DNA of 64,000 nucleotides from Anaerolineae bacterium (GCA_049972045.1 JBMFKS010000001.1:11536-75535); one strand, 5' to 3'; positions 23,916 through 33,881 are shown, numbered from the stretch's first letter. The notes: generated by a model not told the origin, from the sequence alone. Numbers and translations: made by a program.

Positions 23916-26900
23916 CTATCCCGCTACCGGCAGGGTGAAGGTAAACGTGCTTCCTTTACCTGGCTCGCTCTCCACCCAAATTTGACCGCCCTGGAGTTCC
24001 ACCAGACTCCGGGTGATGACCAGCCCCAGACCGGTGCCGGGCACGCTCCGCACCATCGGATGCTGGGAGCGGAAAAACTTGGTGAACAGTCGCTCCTGCT
24101 CCTCAGGTGAAATACCGATGCCCGTATCGGAAACGGAACAGACCACAAATCCGCCGTCCGGATGAACGGTTACCCGGATGTGGCCTTCCTCGGGGGTGTA
24201 CTTGTACGCGTTACTCAGCAGATTGGTCAGAATCTGCACCACCCGGTTCCGGTCCGCCTTCACGGGAGGCAACGGTTCCGCGATTTCCACCTCCAGCGTC
24301 TGCCGTTTGGCCTCTACCTCCTGGCGGATCATCCGAACGGCCTCCTCTACGGCCTCCCGCAACGCGACCTGCCCGATTTCCAGCCGCAGTCGCCCCGCCT
24401 CAATCCGGGACATATCCAGCAGTTCCTGCACCATTGTGTCCATCCGGTTCACGTTGGAACGGATGACTTCCAGGAACGACCGCTGGGTCTCGGTCAGGTC
24501 GCCCGCCAACCCCTTGACCAGCAGGTCGGTGTAGCCCTTGATCGCCGTCATCGGCTGTTTCAGTTCGTGGGAGACGAAGGAGATGAATTCCGTCTTGGCC
24601 TGGTTGGCGGCCTCCACCGCGGCGAAGAGGCGGGCGTTCTCTATCGCGATGGCCGCGTGATCGGCCAGGCGAACGACGAAATCCAGGGCATCCTGGTCAA
24701 ATTGTCCCGGCCGGGCGCTCTCCAGCACGATGACACCGATAATCCGTTCCTCTCGCCAGATGGGCACCGTCATCTGGGCAACCATTCCGTCCACAGCGGC
24801 CACGTAATCGGGGTCGTTGCGAACATCGGAGACCAGTTCGGGCCGACCCGTCCGGGCTATCCGTCCCACGATGCCCCGGTCCAGCGGCCAGAGGGTCTCC
24901 CGGTACGGCTCCACGGAGTCCGGGGGGTAGCCCCGGTAGGCCAGAAGCCGCAGGCCCCGCCGGCCGTCCTCCTCGTCCAAGACGGCCAGCAACCCGACAT
25001 CGGCGCCCGTCCGCTGAATGGCCCATTCCAGAGCCGTTTCCATCGTCTGCTGATAATCCAGCGTGGCGTTCAATTCCCGGTCAATCCGCTGCATCATGGA
25101 GAGTTCCTCCACCCGGGCCGCCAGCGCCTGGTCGGTCATGGCGAAGAGACGGGCGTTCTGGATGGCCACGGCCGCCTGCGCGGCCAGAGCGGTCAGCAAT
25201 CGTTCGTCGTCCTCATCAAAGGGGCGACCGTCCCGCCGATTGAGCATCTCCAGGGCGCCGATGACCGTCCCGTGAGCCGTCATGGGAGCACAGAGGAGCG
25301 AACGGGTGACAAACCGGGAGCGGCGGTCTACGTCCGCATACCAGTGCTTGTCCTGCCGGACATCGTCCACCCGGATGGGGCGGTTCTCCCGGACGACCTG
25401 TCCGGCGATGCCGGCACCGGCGGTCAGGCGGGTACCGGCGAGGTCGGGCGCGCCCACGGCGACCTGAAAGACCAGATCTCCGCTCTCTTCGTCCACCAGC
25501 AAGAGGGAGCCCGCCTCCGCCTGCAGGAGGTCTACCGCTTTCCGGATGGTCAGGTCCAGCAGGCTGTTCAGGTCCAGCGTAGACGCCAGGAGATGGCCCA
25601 CCTCATTCAGCCCCTCCAGCCGCCGGGCCCATTTTTCCGTCTCCTGATAGAGGCGGGCCTTATCCAGAATGGCCGCGGCCTGGTCGGCGATGACCTGGAA
25701 CACCCGCACCTGCTCCGCTGTATACGTCACATCGGGGTCAAAACTGGAGATATTGATGACGCCCAGGATGCGGTCCTGGGAGATGAGAGGCATACCCATC
25801 CAGGCTTTGCCCGGTCGGCCCCCCGGCCGGACCCCCCGACGCTGGCACTCGGCCAGGTAGTCATCGGTCACGATGGGCTGACCGGTGCGGACGATGAGGC
25901 CGGTCAGCCCCTCCGTATCGGACCAGATGTCTTCGGGATACCGCCGTTCACCGTTCTCCACGTAGAAGGCGAAGCGCAGGGTCCGGGTCGGGGGATCGTA
26001 GAGCGCAATGTAGAAGTTGCGAGCGTCCAGTACCCGATTGGTCTGGGTATAGATCAGTTCCATCAGGTCGTCCGGCTGGACGGAGAAGCCCACGGACTGG
26101 GCAATCGTGCCCACCGCTTCCAGTTCCTGGACCCGGCGCTCCAGGTCCGCGATCAAGCGGACGCGGTCCAGCGCGGCGGTGATCTGGGGGGATAGCATCT
26201 CCAGGAACCAGGCATCGCGGGCACGGAAGCGCTCCAGGCGGGTGGGACCGACGGTCAGCCATCCCCATCCGGGCAGGGGGACGAAGAGGGCCGGCCCCAG
26301 GACAGCCAGCCGCTCTTCCTCCTCTTCCAGGTCGGAGGGAAGGATGTCCTCCACCGCAAGGTAAAGAGGACGGGTATCGCCGCTCATCCGACGGGCCAGT
26401 GGTCCGTCGGGGCGAAAAGATGGCAGGGAAGAGGACGAGGCATCACCGAAAACCCGGGGAACGTACAATCCACTGCGCGGGCTGGCCAGGTAGAAGATCA
26501 CAGAACGGGGTGCCAGTACCTGCCCGATGACATCGGCGACGGCCGCTATCACCTCATCCACAGAACGTACGGTGGCCACCCGGTTTCCGAACTCCCGCAG
26601 GGCCCGCTCCGGGGCCATCCGCCGCCCCAGCAACAAACGGTCTATCGCGCGGGTCAGCAGCCCGCGCAGGGGCAGAATTCCCATCCCCACCACCAGCACC
26701 AGCAGGGCCAGCACCAGCGGCTGAAAGGGGAGAATGGTCAGGTGGAACCACCGGCCCAGGAGGGCCAGGAGCAGGGCAAATATGCCCACCACGGCCAGCG
26801 TCAGGAGAAGGTAAATCGCCGCGTTGCGGACCACCCAGTCAATGTTCAGTGTGCGGGGGAAGAGAATGGCGTAGGCGATGGCCAGGGGGAAGAAGACAAA

Positions 26901-27881
26901 GGACGGCAGCAGCAGGCTGGGCTGGAAGGGGAAGCCGGGCCGGAAGGCAAAGGGAATCCAGACCATTATCGGGAAGAAAGAAAGCAGAGCCCCCAGCAGG
27001 ACAATGTAGGTCTGGGCCCGGATGATGGGGGAGCGGGAGAAGAGCCGGTGGTAGGCCATCAGGCCGATGAGCACCAGCCCGCCGATGCCCGCCCAGGCCC
27101 GCCCCCATCGCCAGGGAGCGAAGTAGGCGATGGGGTGGGCCATGTCCGCCGTGGTGAGCCACCCGGCGACCGTCAGTCCCAGCGCGGGCAGGTAGACCAG
27201 CAGACGCAGCCACGGGAACCGTCGCAGCACAGGAGGCGGCTGGGGGAAAACCAGAGCCAGGTGGGCCGCCGCGCTTCCGGCCAGCGGCACCGCGGCAACC
27301 CAGACCGGGAACAGGCGATGAGTGGTGTACAGGTCAAAAAAGAGGCCCGTCACCAGCGCGATGAAGATGCAGAAGAGGGCAAAAATCTGCCCCGACTCTT
27401 CCCGCCCCCGCCGCCAGAGCATCACTCCCCCGGCGGCCAGATAGAACAGGCCCAGGGCATAAGGAATGATGAAGAAGTCCCAGAGGACCAGCCGGGGGAG
27501 GGAAGTCAGGGAGACCCGAACCTGACGGACGGCGCCCGTCTCCGCGTGGCGCGCGGTGAAGGTGACAGTCTCTCCGACCTGGCGATGATGCAGAGCCTCT
27601 ATCAGCGCGGGGGGACGGTCCAGCGGCTCCCCATCTATGGCGACCAGTTGTTCGGGCAGGCTCAGGCCGGCCGCGTACCCGCCCCAGGACATAGAGCCGA
27701 TGTTGTTCACTACCAGCGTCGGTTCGGTGAAGAGGCCGGGGAAAGGGAGGCGGACGGTCTGGAGCGCCAGCACGGCGGCCCAGACCAGGATGACAGCGGA
27801 GAAGGCCGAGAGGGCCGCCAGGAACCCGCGGACCAGTTGCCGGAAAGGAGTCTTCGGGAAGTCAGAACCCGAATGGGCCAT
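23916..27881 (-). CDS. multi-domain sensor histidine kinase (PDZ-like, ~10 TM, multiple GAF, HisKA, HATPase_c)
   Basis: It starts with a PDZ-like segment and hydrophobic helices, then several GAF domains. It ends with HisKA (SHELKQPMTAIKGYTDLL) and HATPase (GTGLGLVITRSLVELQGG). An alternative upstream start at 28016 is possible. Confidence 0.8.
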   Translation of the reverse strand: MAHSGSDFPKTPFRQLVRGFLAALSAFSAVILVWAAVLALQTVRLPFPGLFTEPTLVVNNIGSMSWGGYAAGLSLPEQLVAIDGEPLDRPPALIEALHHRQVGETVTFTARHAETGAVRQVRVSLTSLPRLVLWDFFIIPYALGLFYLAAGGVMLWRRGREESGQIFALFCIFIALVTGLFFDLYTTHRLFPVWVAAVPLAGSAAAHLALVFPQPPPVLRRFPWLRLLVYLPALGLTVAGWLTTADMAHPIAYFAPWRWGRAWAGIGGLVLIGLMAYHRLFSRSPIIRAQTYIVLLGALLSFFPIMVWIPFAFRPGFPFQPSLLLPSFVFFPLAIAYAILFPRTLNIDWVVRNAAIYLLLTLAVVGIFALLLALLGRWFHLTILPFQPLVLALLVLVVGMGILPLRGLLTRAIDRLLLGRRMAPERALREFGNRVATVRSVDEVIAAVADVIGQVLAPRSVIFYLASPRSGLYVPRVFGDASSSSLPSFRPDGPLARRMSGDTRPLYLAVEDILPSDLEEEEERLAVLGPALFVPLPGWGWLTVGPTRLERFRARDAWFLEMLSPQITAALDRVRLIADLERRVQELEAVGTIAQSVGFSVQPDDLMELIYTQTNRVLDARNFYIALYDPPTRTLRFAFYVENGERRYPEDIWSDTEGLTGLIVRTGQPIVTDDYLAECQRRGVRPGGRPGKAWMGMPLISQDRILGVINISSFDPDVTYTAEQVRVFQVIADQAAAILDKARLYQETEKWARRLEGLNEVGHLLASTLDLNSLLDLTIRKAVDLLQAEAGSLLLVDEESGDLVFQVAVGAPDLAGTRLTAGAGIAGQVVRENRPIRVDDVRQDKHWYADVDRRSRFVTRSLLCAPMTAHGTVIGALEMLNRRDGRPFDEDDERLLTALAAQAAVAIQNARLFAMTDQALAARVEELSMMQRIDRELNATLDYQQTMETALEWAIQRTGADVGLLAVLDEEDGRRGLRLLAYRGYPPDSVEPYRETLWPLDRGIVGRIARTGRPELVSDVRNDPDYVAAVDGMVAQMTVPIWREERIIGVIVLESARPGQFDQDALDFVVRLADHAAIAIENARLFAAVEAANQAKTEFISFVSHELKQPMTAIKGYTDLLVKGLAGDLTETQRSFLEVIRSNVNRMDTMVQELLDMSRIEAGRLRLEIGQVALREAVEEAVRMIRQEVEAKRQTLEVEIAEPLPPVKADRNRVVQILTNLLSNAYKYTPEEGHIRVTVHPDGGFVVCSVSDTGIGISPEEQERLFTKFFRSQHPMVRSVPGTGLGLVITRSLVELQGGQIWVESEPGKGSTFTFTLPVAG

Positions 27882-28047
27882 CCGATGCTCCGGGCACGTT
27901 GTTTCTTTTCCAACAACCACGAAAAACCACGAAGGACCCGAAGGGACACGGATTTTCTGCCCCCTCAGGATTCTTCGTGTCCTTTGTGGACTCTTTACGC
28001 CCTTGGTAGCAGGCAATTGTTAAATTGTAGCACATTATCGCCAGGCG

Positions 28048-29085
28048 TCAACGGCCAAAAAGTACCCAGGACATCCCTAAAGCCAGCAAGGTATTGAAGA
28101 GCGTGGCCGCCAGGTACACCAGGAGCGGGCGAAGGCCGATTTTCCGCAGTTCGCCGAAGGAGAGTTGCCAGCCGATGCCGATGAAGGCCAGGGTGAACGC
28201 CCAGTTGCGCAGAGCGGTGATGTCTTTCACCTGGGCTTTAGTGAAAAGCCCCACCGAGGCCAGCACCGATACGGCGAGAAACCCCAGGACGAACTTGGGG
28301 AAGCGCTCCCAGATCATCCGCGCGCTGGGGCGACCGGCGGTAGCCCCTTCCTCCTTGGCCACCCAGTACAGGGCCAGGAGAAACGCCACCACACCGATCA
28401 GGGCGTTCTGGGCCATTTTGACGATGGACGCCACCCTGACGGCCTCCTCGCCGTAGATGGCTCCGGCGCCGACCACGGCGGCGGTGGTGTCTATGTTGCC
28501 GCCGAACCAGGCCCCGGCCCAGGCAGGGGACATGCCGGTCGCCGCAGCAATCCAGGGCATCAGCACCATCATCGGCAGAGCGGTGACGATGACCAGCGCG
28601 GTCACGTAGGCCAGTTGCTCCCTTTTGGCAAGAACGGCACCTGCGGCGGCGATGGCCGCCGAGACGCCGCAGATGGAGACCGCGGCACACATCAACGCCC
28701 GCAACTTCTTTTCCAATTGGAGTCGTCCGCCCAGCCACCAGGTAAAGGCGAAGACCAGGGAGACCAAGGCCAGGGCTTGAACCACCCCCCGTGCGCCAAC
28801 GCTGAGAATCTCCCCCAGATTGACGGCTGCGCCCAGCAGGACCAGGCCAATTTTCAGGAAGAGTTCGGCCCGGAAGGCCCTGCCCAGCCGTTCTTTCACT
28901 CCCGCCGCGGCGGCGATGGCGCCCGTCACGAATCCCAGCAGGGCGGCCCACAGGGGATACTCCAGGGCTTTCGGACTGATGGTGGCCAGGCGATGGGTCG
29001 CCCAGGCCAGCGCGACCAGCAAAACCAGTGAGGCGACGAGCCATAATGCCTGTGTCCAGCGGACTGAGAGATGGGAAGAGCCCAT
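28048..29085 (-). CDS. YeiH/UPF0324-family putative sulfate-exporter-like membrane protein
   Basis: 345 aa, ~10 TM, Ala/Gly-rich helices typical of the UPF0324 (PSE) family. Confidence 0.65.
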   Translation of the reverse strand: MGSSHLSVRWTQALWLVASLVLLVALAWATHRLATISPKALEYPLWAALLGFVTGAIAAAAGVKERLGRAFRAELFLKIGLVLLGAAVNLGEILSVGARGVVQALALVSLVFAFTWWLGGRLQLEKKLRALMCAAVSICGVSAAIAAAGAVLAKREQLAYVTALVIVTALPMMVLMPWIAAATGMSPAWAGAWFGGNIDTTAAVVGAGAIYGEEAVRVASIVKMAQNALIGVVAFLLALYWVAKEEGATAGRPSARMIWERFPKFVLGFLAVSVLASVGLFTKAQVKDITALRNWAFTLAFIGIGWQLSFGELRKIGLRPLLVYLAATLFNTLLALGMSWVLFGR

Positions 29086-29101
29086 ATCTACCTCTTCGCT
29101 A

Positions 29102-29233
29102 TCACCAGGGAACAGGCCCCAGAATTCCCAGAACCACCAGCAGGATCAGCAGCAGCCCCACAATGATGGCCCATTCGTCCTCGCCCAGGCGGGAGAAAAA
29201 CGGTTTTTGCACCGGAGACGGAGACTCTCTCAT
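29102..29233 (-). CDS. small 43-aa single-TM protein (not in ORF track)
   Basis: MRESPSPVQKPFFSRLGEDEWAIIVGLLLILLVVLGILGPVPW*. ATG at 29233 and stop 16 nt before the YeiH-like start, co-directional. Confidence 0.35.
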   Translation of the reverse strand: MRESPSPVQKPFFSRLGEDEWAIIVGLLLILLVVLGILGPVPW

Positions 29234-29258
29234 CTATGCCCCCTTACAGGTTGGAGCA

Positions 29259-31307
29259 TTATGCCATCTGCTGCGCCACCAGTTCCACCACATCCAGCAC
29301 CCGGACGCGCAACTTCTCCTGCCGGGCCGCACCGGCCAGCGTCCGCTTGCACTGCTGGCAGGCGGAGAGCAGAATCTTCGCCCCCGTGGCCTGCACCTCG
29401 CCGATGCGCCGCTTCGCCACCGCCGCAACCAGGTCCTTATCCGCCATCTCCACGTCCCCGCCGCCGCCGCAGCAGAGGGAGTACTGGTGGTGATGCTCCA
29501 TCTCCACCAGCGTCACCCCGGGGATGGCCCGGATGACCGCCCGGGGCGCTTCGTACACGCCACTGGTCCGCCCCAGATCACAGGGGTCATGGTAGGTGAC
29601 CGTCTCCTCCAGCGGCCGCAGGGGGATGCGCCCCTCGGCCAGCAGTTCCGCCAGCAGTTCCGTCAGGTGCAGGACCTCCAAGCCCAGCGGCTCGCCCAGG
29701 ACGCGCGGGTAGTCGTGTTTCCAGGTGTGGTAGCAGGACGGGCAGGCCGCGACCAGCCGCCGCGCCCCCGTCCGGCGGACCGCGTCCAGGTTGTGCCGCA
29801 TGGTCTCCACCGCCACGTCGCCCATTCCGGCAATGACCAGCGGGAAGCCGCAGCACCACTCCTCCCCACCCAGCGTCAAGTAGTCCACCCCGGCCCGCTC
29901 CAGTACCTGCACCGCGTTCTGGGGGATGGAGTAGGACTGGGGGTAGAAGGACGCGACACATCCTACGAAGAAGACCACCTCCGCCTGCGTCTTCTTGCCG
30001 ACCCCCTCCGGGATTTCGGGCAGGTTCTGGCTCCAGATGAGCCGGTTGGCGTTGTCGTCACCGGAGATGTTGTGGGCCGTCAGGAAAGTCTCCCGGAGAC
30101 GGTCAAAGACCGCCGGGTAGGCGCCCTGCCGGACCAGGTCCTGGCGCATGGCGATCCAGAGTTCGCGGGTTTGGATGTGGGCTGGGCAAACGACGGCGCA
30201 ACGCCCGCAGAGGGTGCAGTCGTACGTGCCGGTGGAGTGGGTCTGGAGCGCCTCCGGCTGGAGCGGGCGGGGGCCGAAGAGCCGGGCCAGAAGCCCGTAC
30301 TGGCCCCGGATGAACCGCCGCACCGCCTCAATCTTGCGCAGCGGCGTGATGGCGTCCAGGTCTGGCTTCTCGGTAAAGGTCGGACACCAGAGGACGCACT
30401 CCCCACAGCGGGTGCAGGCGTCCAGCGCCAGCAGTTCCCGGAAGGTGTAGAGAGCGGGGTCAGGCCGGGACTGGGTACCTCCTATCGCCGGAGCGGTCTC
30501 CGCCTCCTGTACCCGATTCACCGTGGCGGTCAATGCCGTGGCGACCGCGTGCAGAAACTTGGAGTACGGAATGGTGACGATGACGAGAGAGACCAGCAGG
30601 CCGTGGCCCACGTAGAATCCGTCGGCGAGATGTTCCCAGGGGAGATTCCAGCCCGCCAGCAGGCGGGCGAGGGGGTAGCCGATAAACGCCATATAGGGCG
30701 CGGGGCCGTCATAGCGGGCGTTCAGGCGGACAACCTCCGCAATCCAGCCCGTGAGCAGAATCAGCCCCAGCGCGACCACCATCCAGGTATCCATCGCGCC
30801 GGTCCGAAGTTGGGAGGGGCGGGCCAGATACCGCCGGACGATGTAGAAGATCAGGCCGGCAGTCATCATCAACCCACCGATCTCATTGAGGAGCGCGGTA
30901 ACCGGGTGGTCAGCGGTGTACCACATGGCTATCCAGGGGATATGCCCCAGGTGGAACAAGTGGTAGAGCACCTTTTCCGAGAGGGCGGCCAGACCGGAGA
31001 GCGTCATCAGCAGGAGAAATCCGTTCAGCAAGAGAAAGTGGCTTGCCCACCGCCAGCGGCTGGTCCGCCAAAGGCGGCGGTTGAACCAGGCTTCGGTGAT
31101 AAAGGCTTTCAGAATAGCGGGGAACTGGCGGCTGAAGATGGCCCGCAGTGCCCGGTTCAGCAAGCTCAGAAATTTTCGCCAGGCCGAGACGGTGTTGCTC
31201 CCTTCCACCCGTCCCTGAAGCCAGATGCCCACCACATCGGCCAGGCCGATCAGGAAGAGGAGCATCAGGGGAAGATGGATCACCCAGAAAAGGGTTTCAA
31301 CGTTCAC
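29259..31307 (-). CDS. HdrE/NarI-like membrane domain fused to HdrD-like Fe-S/CCG-domain oxidoreductase
   Basis: ~260-aa polytopic N-terminal domain. Then 2x[4Fe-4S] motifs (CTRCGECVLWCP; CTLCGRCAVVCP) and two CCG domains (VGCVASFYP...WCCGFP; CPSCYHTWK...HDPCDL...CCGGGG). Confidence 0.75.
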   Translation of the reverse strand: MNVETLFWVIHLPLMLLFLIGLADVVGIWLQGRVEGSNTVSAWRKFLSLLNRALRAIFSRQFPAILKAFITEAWFNRRLWRTSRWRWASHFLLLNGFLLLMTLSGLAALSEKVLYHLFHLGHIPWIAMWYTADHPVTALLNEIGGLMMTAGLIFYIVRRYLARPSQLRTGAMDTWMVVALGLILLTGWIAEVVRLNARYDGPAPYMAFIGYPLARLLAGWNLPWEHLADGFYVGHGLLVSLVIVTIPYSKFLHAVATALTATVNRVQEAETAPAIGGTQSRPDPALYTFRELLALDACTRCGECVLWCPTFTEKPDLDAITPLRKIEAVRRFIRGQYGLLARLFGPRPLQPEALQTHSTGTYDCTLCGRCAVVCPAHIQTRELWIAMRQDLVRQGAYPAVFDRLRETFLTAHNISGDDNANRLIWSQNLPEIPEGVGKKTQAEVVFFVGCVASFYPQSYSIPQNAVQVLERAGVDYLTLGGEEWCCGFPLVIAGMGDVAVETMRHNLDAVRRTGARRLVAACPSCYHTWKHDYPRVLGEPLGLEVLHLTELLAELLAEGRIPLRPLEETVTYHDPCDLGRTSGVYEAPRAVIRAIPGVTLVEMEHHHQYSLCCGGGGDVEMADKDLVAAVAKRRIGEVQATGAKILLSACQQCKRTLAGAARQEKLRVRVLDVVELVAQQMA

Positions 31308-31402
31308 AAAACACCCCCGTAGAGCGAGATGGGATGCCCCAATAGCGCGCTCAATTATCCCCCCAGAGGCACCTTTGGGAGTACTGTCCGCGACGGGCTG
31401 GA

Positions 31403-31834
31403 CTACCCCAGCAGGCTCTTGTACTTTGCCGCCTCCTCTTCAATGAAGGCGCGAAATTCGGGGGAATCCGCCCGGAAAAGGTTGTTCAGTTCCGCCGGGT
31501 TGGACATCTCAATCTTGACCAGCCAGCCCTGGTCAAAGGGAGACTGGTTGATCAGAGAGGGCTCAAATTCCAGTTCCTCGTTGACGGCGACGATCTTGCC
31601 GCTGACGAGCGCGGGGACACGCCCAACCCACTTGCCGGACTCCATAGACATAAAGGTCTGGCCCTGGGTGACGGCTTTCCCCACGGGGGGGATTTCCACG
31701 TAGACAATCTCCTTGGCGATGCGCTGACCGAAATCGGTCAAGCCCTGGACCACGATGTTGCCCTCCACCCGGGCCCAGTTGTGCTGTTTGTCGTAGTAGA
31801 GGTCATCGGGAAATTCAATACCGGCGATCTGCAT
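31403..31834 (-). CDS. gcvH: glycine-cleavage H-protein-like lipoyl carrier
   Basis: The NWARVEGN...GLTDFGQ...SMESGKWVG lipoyl-lysine region fits the GcvH fold. No gcvT/gcvP in the window. Confidence 0.75.
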   Translation of the reverse strand: MQIAGIEFPDDLYYDKQHNWARVEGNIVVQGLTDFGQRIAKEIVYVEIPPVGKAVTQGQTFMSMESGKWVGRVPALVSGKIVAVNEELEFEPSLINQSPFDQGWLVKIEMSNPAELNNLFRADSPEFRAFIEEEAAKYKSLLG

Positions 31835-32085
31835 GGCGCGCCTCCTATTTCAGGTTGATCCAGGCATTTTTATACCCGGACAAGCCGAATTGTCAAGCCT
31901 GGCACTCCCGAGGTTTATCCCACATGCGACGCACCGTACAGTGCGTCGCATTTTGCGACTTCGCCCTCCACCGATGCCCGCCGGCCCTGTGGGTGTTCAA
32001 AGAAAGGCCGATTCCCTATCGCGCCCGTGTTGGCGGGAGAGCCTGCCCCGAATCAGACCCGAATTTTGACGGCACACCCCTACTG

Positions 32086-32185
32086 GTTTGTCAACCGCAC
32101 TTTTGTGGGTCTTTGCGCCCTCCAGTAGGGCAACTGCGAGCAGTTGCCCTACGCTTCGGACCCATCAGCATAAACTTGACTGACC
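32086..32185 (-). repeat. MITE-like repeat element, copy B (shorter, internally deleted)
   Basis: The reverse complement matches copies A/C, including GGGCAACTGctcgCAGTTGCCC, ...gacccacaaaagtgcggttgacaaacc and ggtcagtcaagttta. It lacks the ~27-bp tggccgacgcggcc segment. Confidence 0.55.
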
Positions 32186-32186
32186 C

Positions 32187-33455
32187 CTACGACCGCCCGC
32201 CCGCGGGCAGGAAGCGCCGCACCGTGCGCAGCAGGTGGTCGGGGTCTATGGGTTTGCTGATCCAAGCATCTATCGGGATATGCAGATCGTCGGGCAGAAG
32301 GCCGGCATACTGACTGCTGTCTATGCTGGAGACCATCACCACTGGGATGGTCCGCAGTATCAGGTCGGCGGCCATCTCCTGCGCGACGGCGACACCTTCC
32401 AGCGGTGTCGCCATCATCACGTCCAGCAACACCAGGTCCGGCTTCTCCTCCCGCATCACCCGCAAGGCTTCCGCTCCGTCACGAGCCGCGCTGACCCGGT
32501 AACCGGCCTGGACGAGAATCCGGCGGCTCAGGTCCACGAAGTCCGGGTCGTCGTCCACCACCAGAATCCGCGGCGCTACGCCTGGTTTGACCTCTACTTT
32601 CTTCTTCGGCCGCAAGTAGCTGAACCAGTAGGTCAATCCGACAAGCCCGGCGCCGCCGATGATGTTCCCGATGGTCACCGGCAGGAGGTTCCGCAGGAAG
32701 AAAGCCCCCCAGGTCAGCGCCGCGAAGTCGGCCGGGGTCTTCCCCACCGTCTCCCAGAAGGCTGACGGTGCCCACGCCTTGATGAATAGGCCGATGGGGA
32801 TCAGGTACATGTTGGCTACACTGTGCTCAAACCCGGCGGCCACAAAGGCTGTGATGGGGAAGATAATGGCGAGAATCTTGTCGGTGGTGGAGCGAGCCGA
32901 CGCGCAGAGCCACACGGCCAGACAGACCAGTGCGTTACACATCACGCCCAGCGCAAGGGCCTGCAGGAAGCCCAGGCTGCATTTCGCGCTGGCGATGCTC
33001 AGCGCGTTGAGCCCGATCGCTCCGGAGGCAAAGGTATACTGCCCGGTGAGGAACATCAGCAAAGCGGTCAGAACGGACCCGACGAAGTTGCCCAGGTAGA
33101 CGATGCTCCAGTTGCGCAGCAGTTGGGCCGTGGTGACTCGGCGACTGGCATAGGCCATCACGATGAGGTTGTTGCCGGTGAAGAGTTCGGCCCCGGCCAC
33201 CACGACGGCGATCAGGCCGAGGCAGAAGACCAGACCGCCGACCAGCCGGATCAGCCCGTAAGGAACACCGGCCGCGCCGAGGCCCGTTGTGACTGTCGTC
33301 AGGAAAATGCCCCCCGTGGCGATAAACGCGCCGGCAAGAACCGCCAGGGAGAACATCGTCCAGAAATCCAGATTCGCCTTCGTGACGCCGACTTCTTCCA
33401 TTCGGCTGGCCATCTTCGCCGGTGGGTAGGCATCAATCTGCAATTCGTTGCTCAT
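32187..33455 (-). CDS. formate/nitrite transporter (FNT) family channel fused to C-terminal response-regulator receiver (REC) domain
   Basis: N-terminal FNT signature ...GGLVFCLGLIAVVVAGAELFTGNNLI... with 6 TM. C-terminal CheY-like REC (ILVVDDDPDFV...DLVLLDVMM...ISKP). GGAGGAG RBS before the ATG at 33455. Confidence 0.75.
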   Translation of the reverse strand: MSNELQIDAYPPAKMASRMEEVGVTKANLDFWTMFSLAVLAGAFIATGGIFLTTVTTGLGAAGVPYGLIRLVGGLVFCLGLIAVVVAGAELFTGNNLIVMAYASRRVTTAQLLRNWSIVYLGNFVGSVLTALLMFLTGQYTFASGAIGLNALSIASAKCSLGFLQALALGVMCNALVCLAVWLCASARSTTDKILAIIFPITAFVAAGFEHSVANMYLIPIGLFIKAWAPSAFWETVGKTPADFAALTWGAFFLRNLLPVTIGNIIGGAGLVGLTYWFSYLRPKKKVEVKPGVAPRILVVDDDPDFVDLSRRILVQAGYRVSAARDGAEALRVMREEKPDLVLLDVMMATPLEGVAVAQEMAADLILRTIPVVMVSSIDSSQYAGLLPDDLHIPIDAWISKPIDPDHLLRTVRRFLPAGGRS

Positions 33456-33881
33456 AGGTCTCCTCCTGTTCTGGGATTGCCTATCCGACAGGCTCCCCTG
33501 GGGAAAGCCCCCTGAGGATACGAAGCATTGACGTGATCCCATCGTGTTTGTCAAAGCCATTCGTCTCTCTTCGGATAGCCCGAAGAACTTCGCTGAATCA
33601 GCCCGACGGTTGACCGTCGGGCGAAAAAGGGCATCCCCGATAACATTGGGGTACCAACGGCGTAAGTCCTACGGGAAACAACAGGGACGGTGTTCCTCTC
33701 TTCATAATATCCTGAATTGCCTCATGGGCAAGTGACAATGATCCATCTGATGGATGACGTTTATCCTTGCGGCCCTTCGTCTCGCTCGGGTAGTAGGACA
33801 AGGTAGTAGGACAAGGCTGAGCCTTGTCCTACGGTGTTTCGGCGCTTGACAATCCCCCCGCCCCTGTTAAAATGAGAACCG

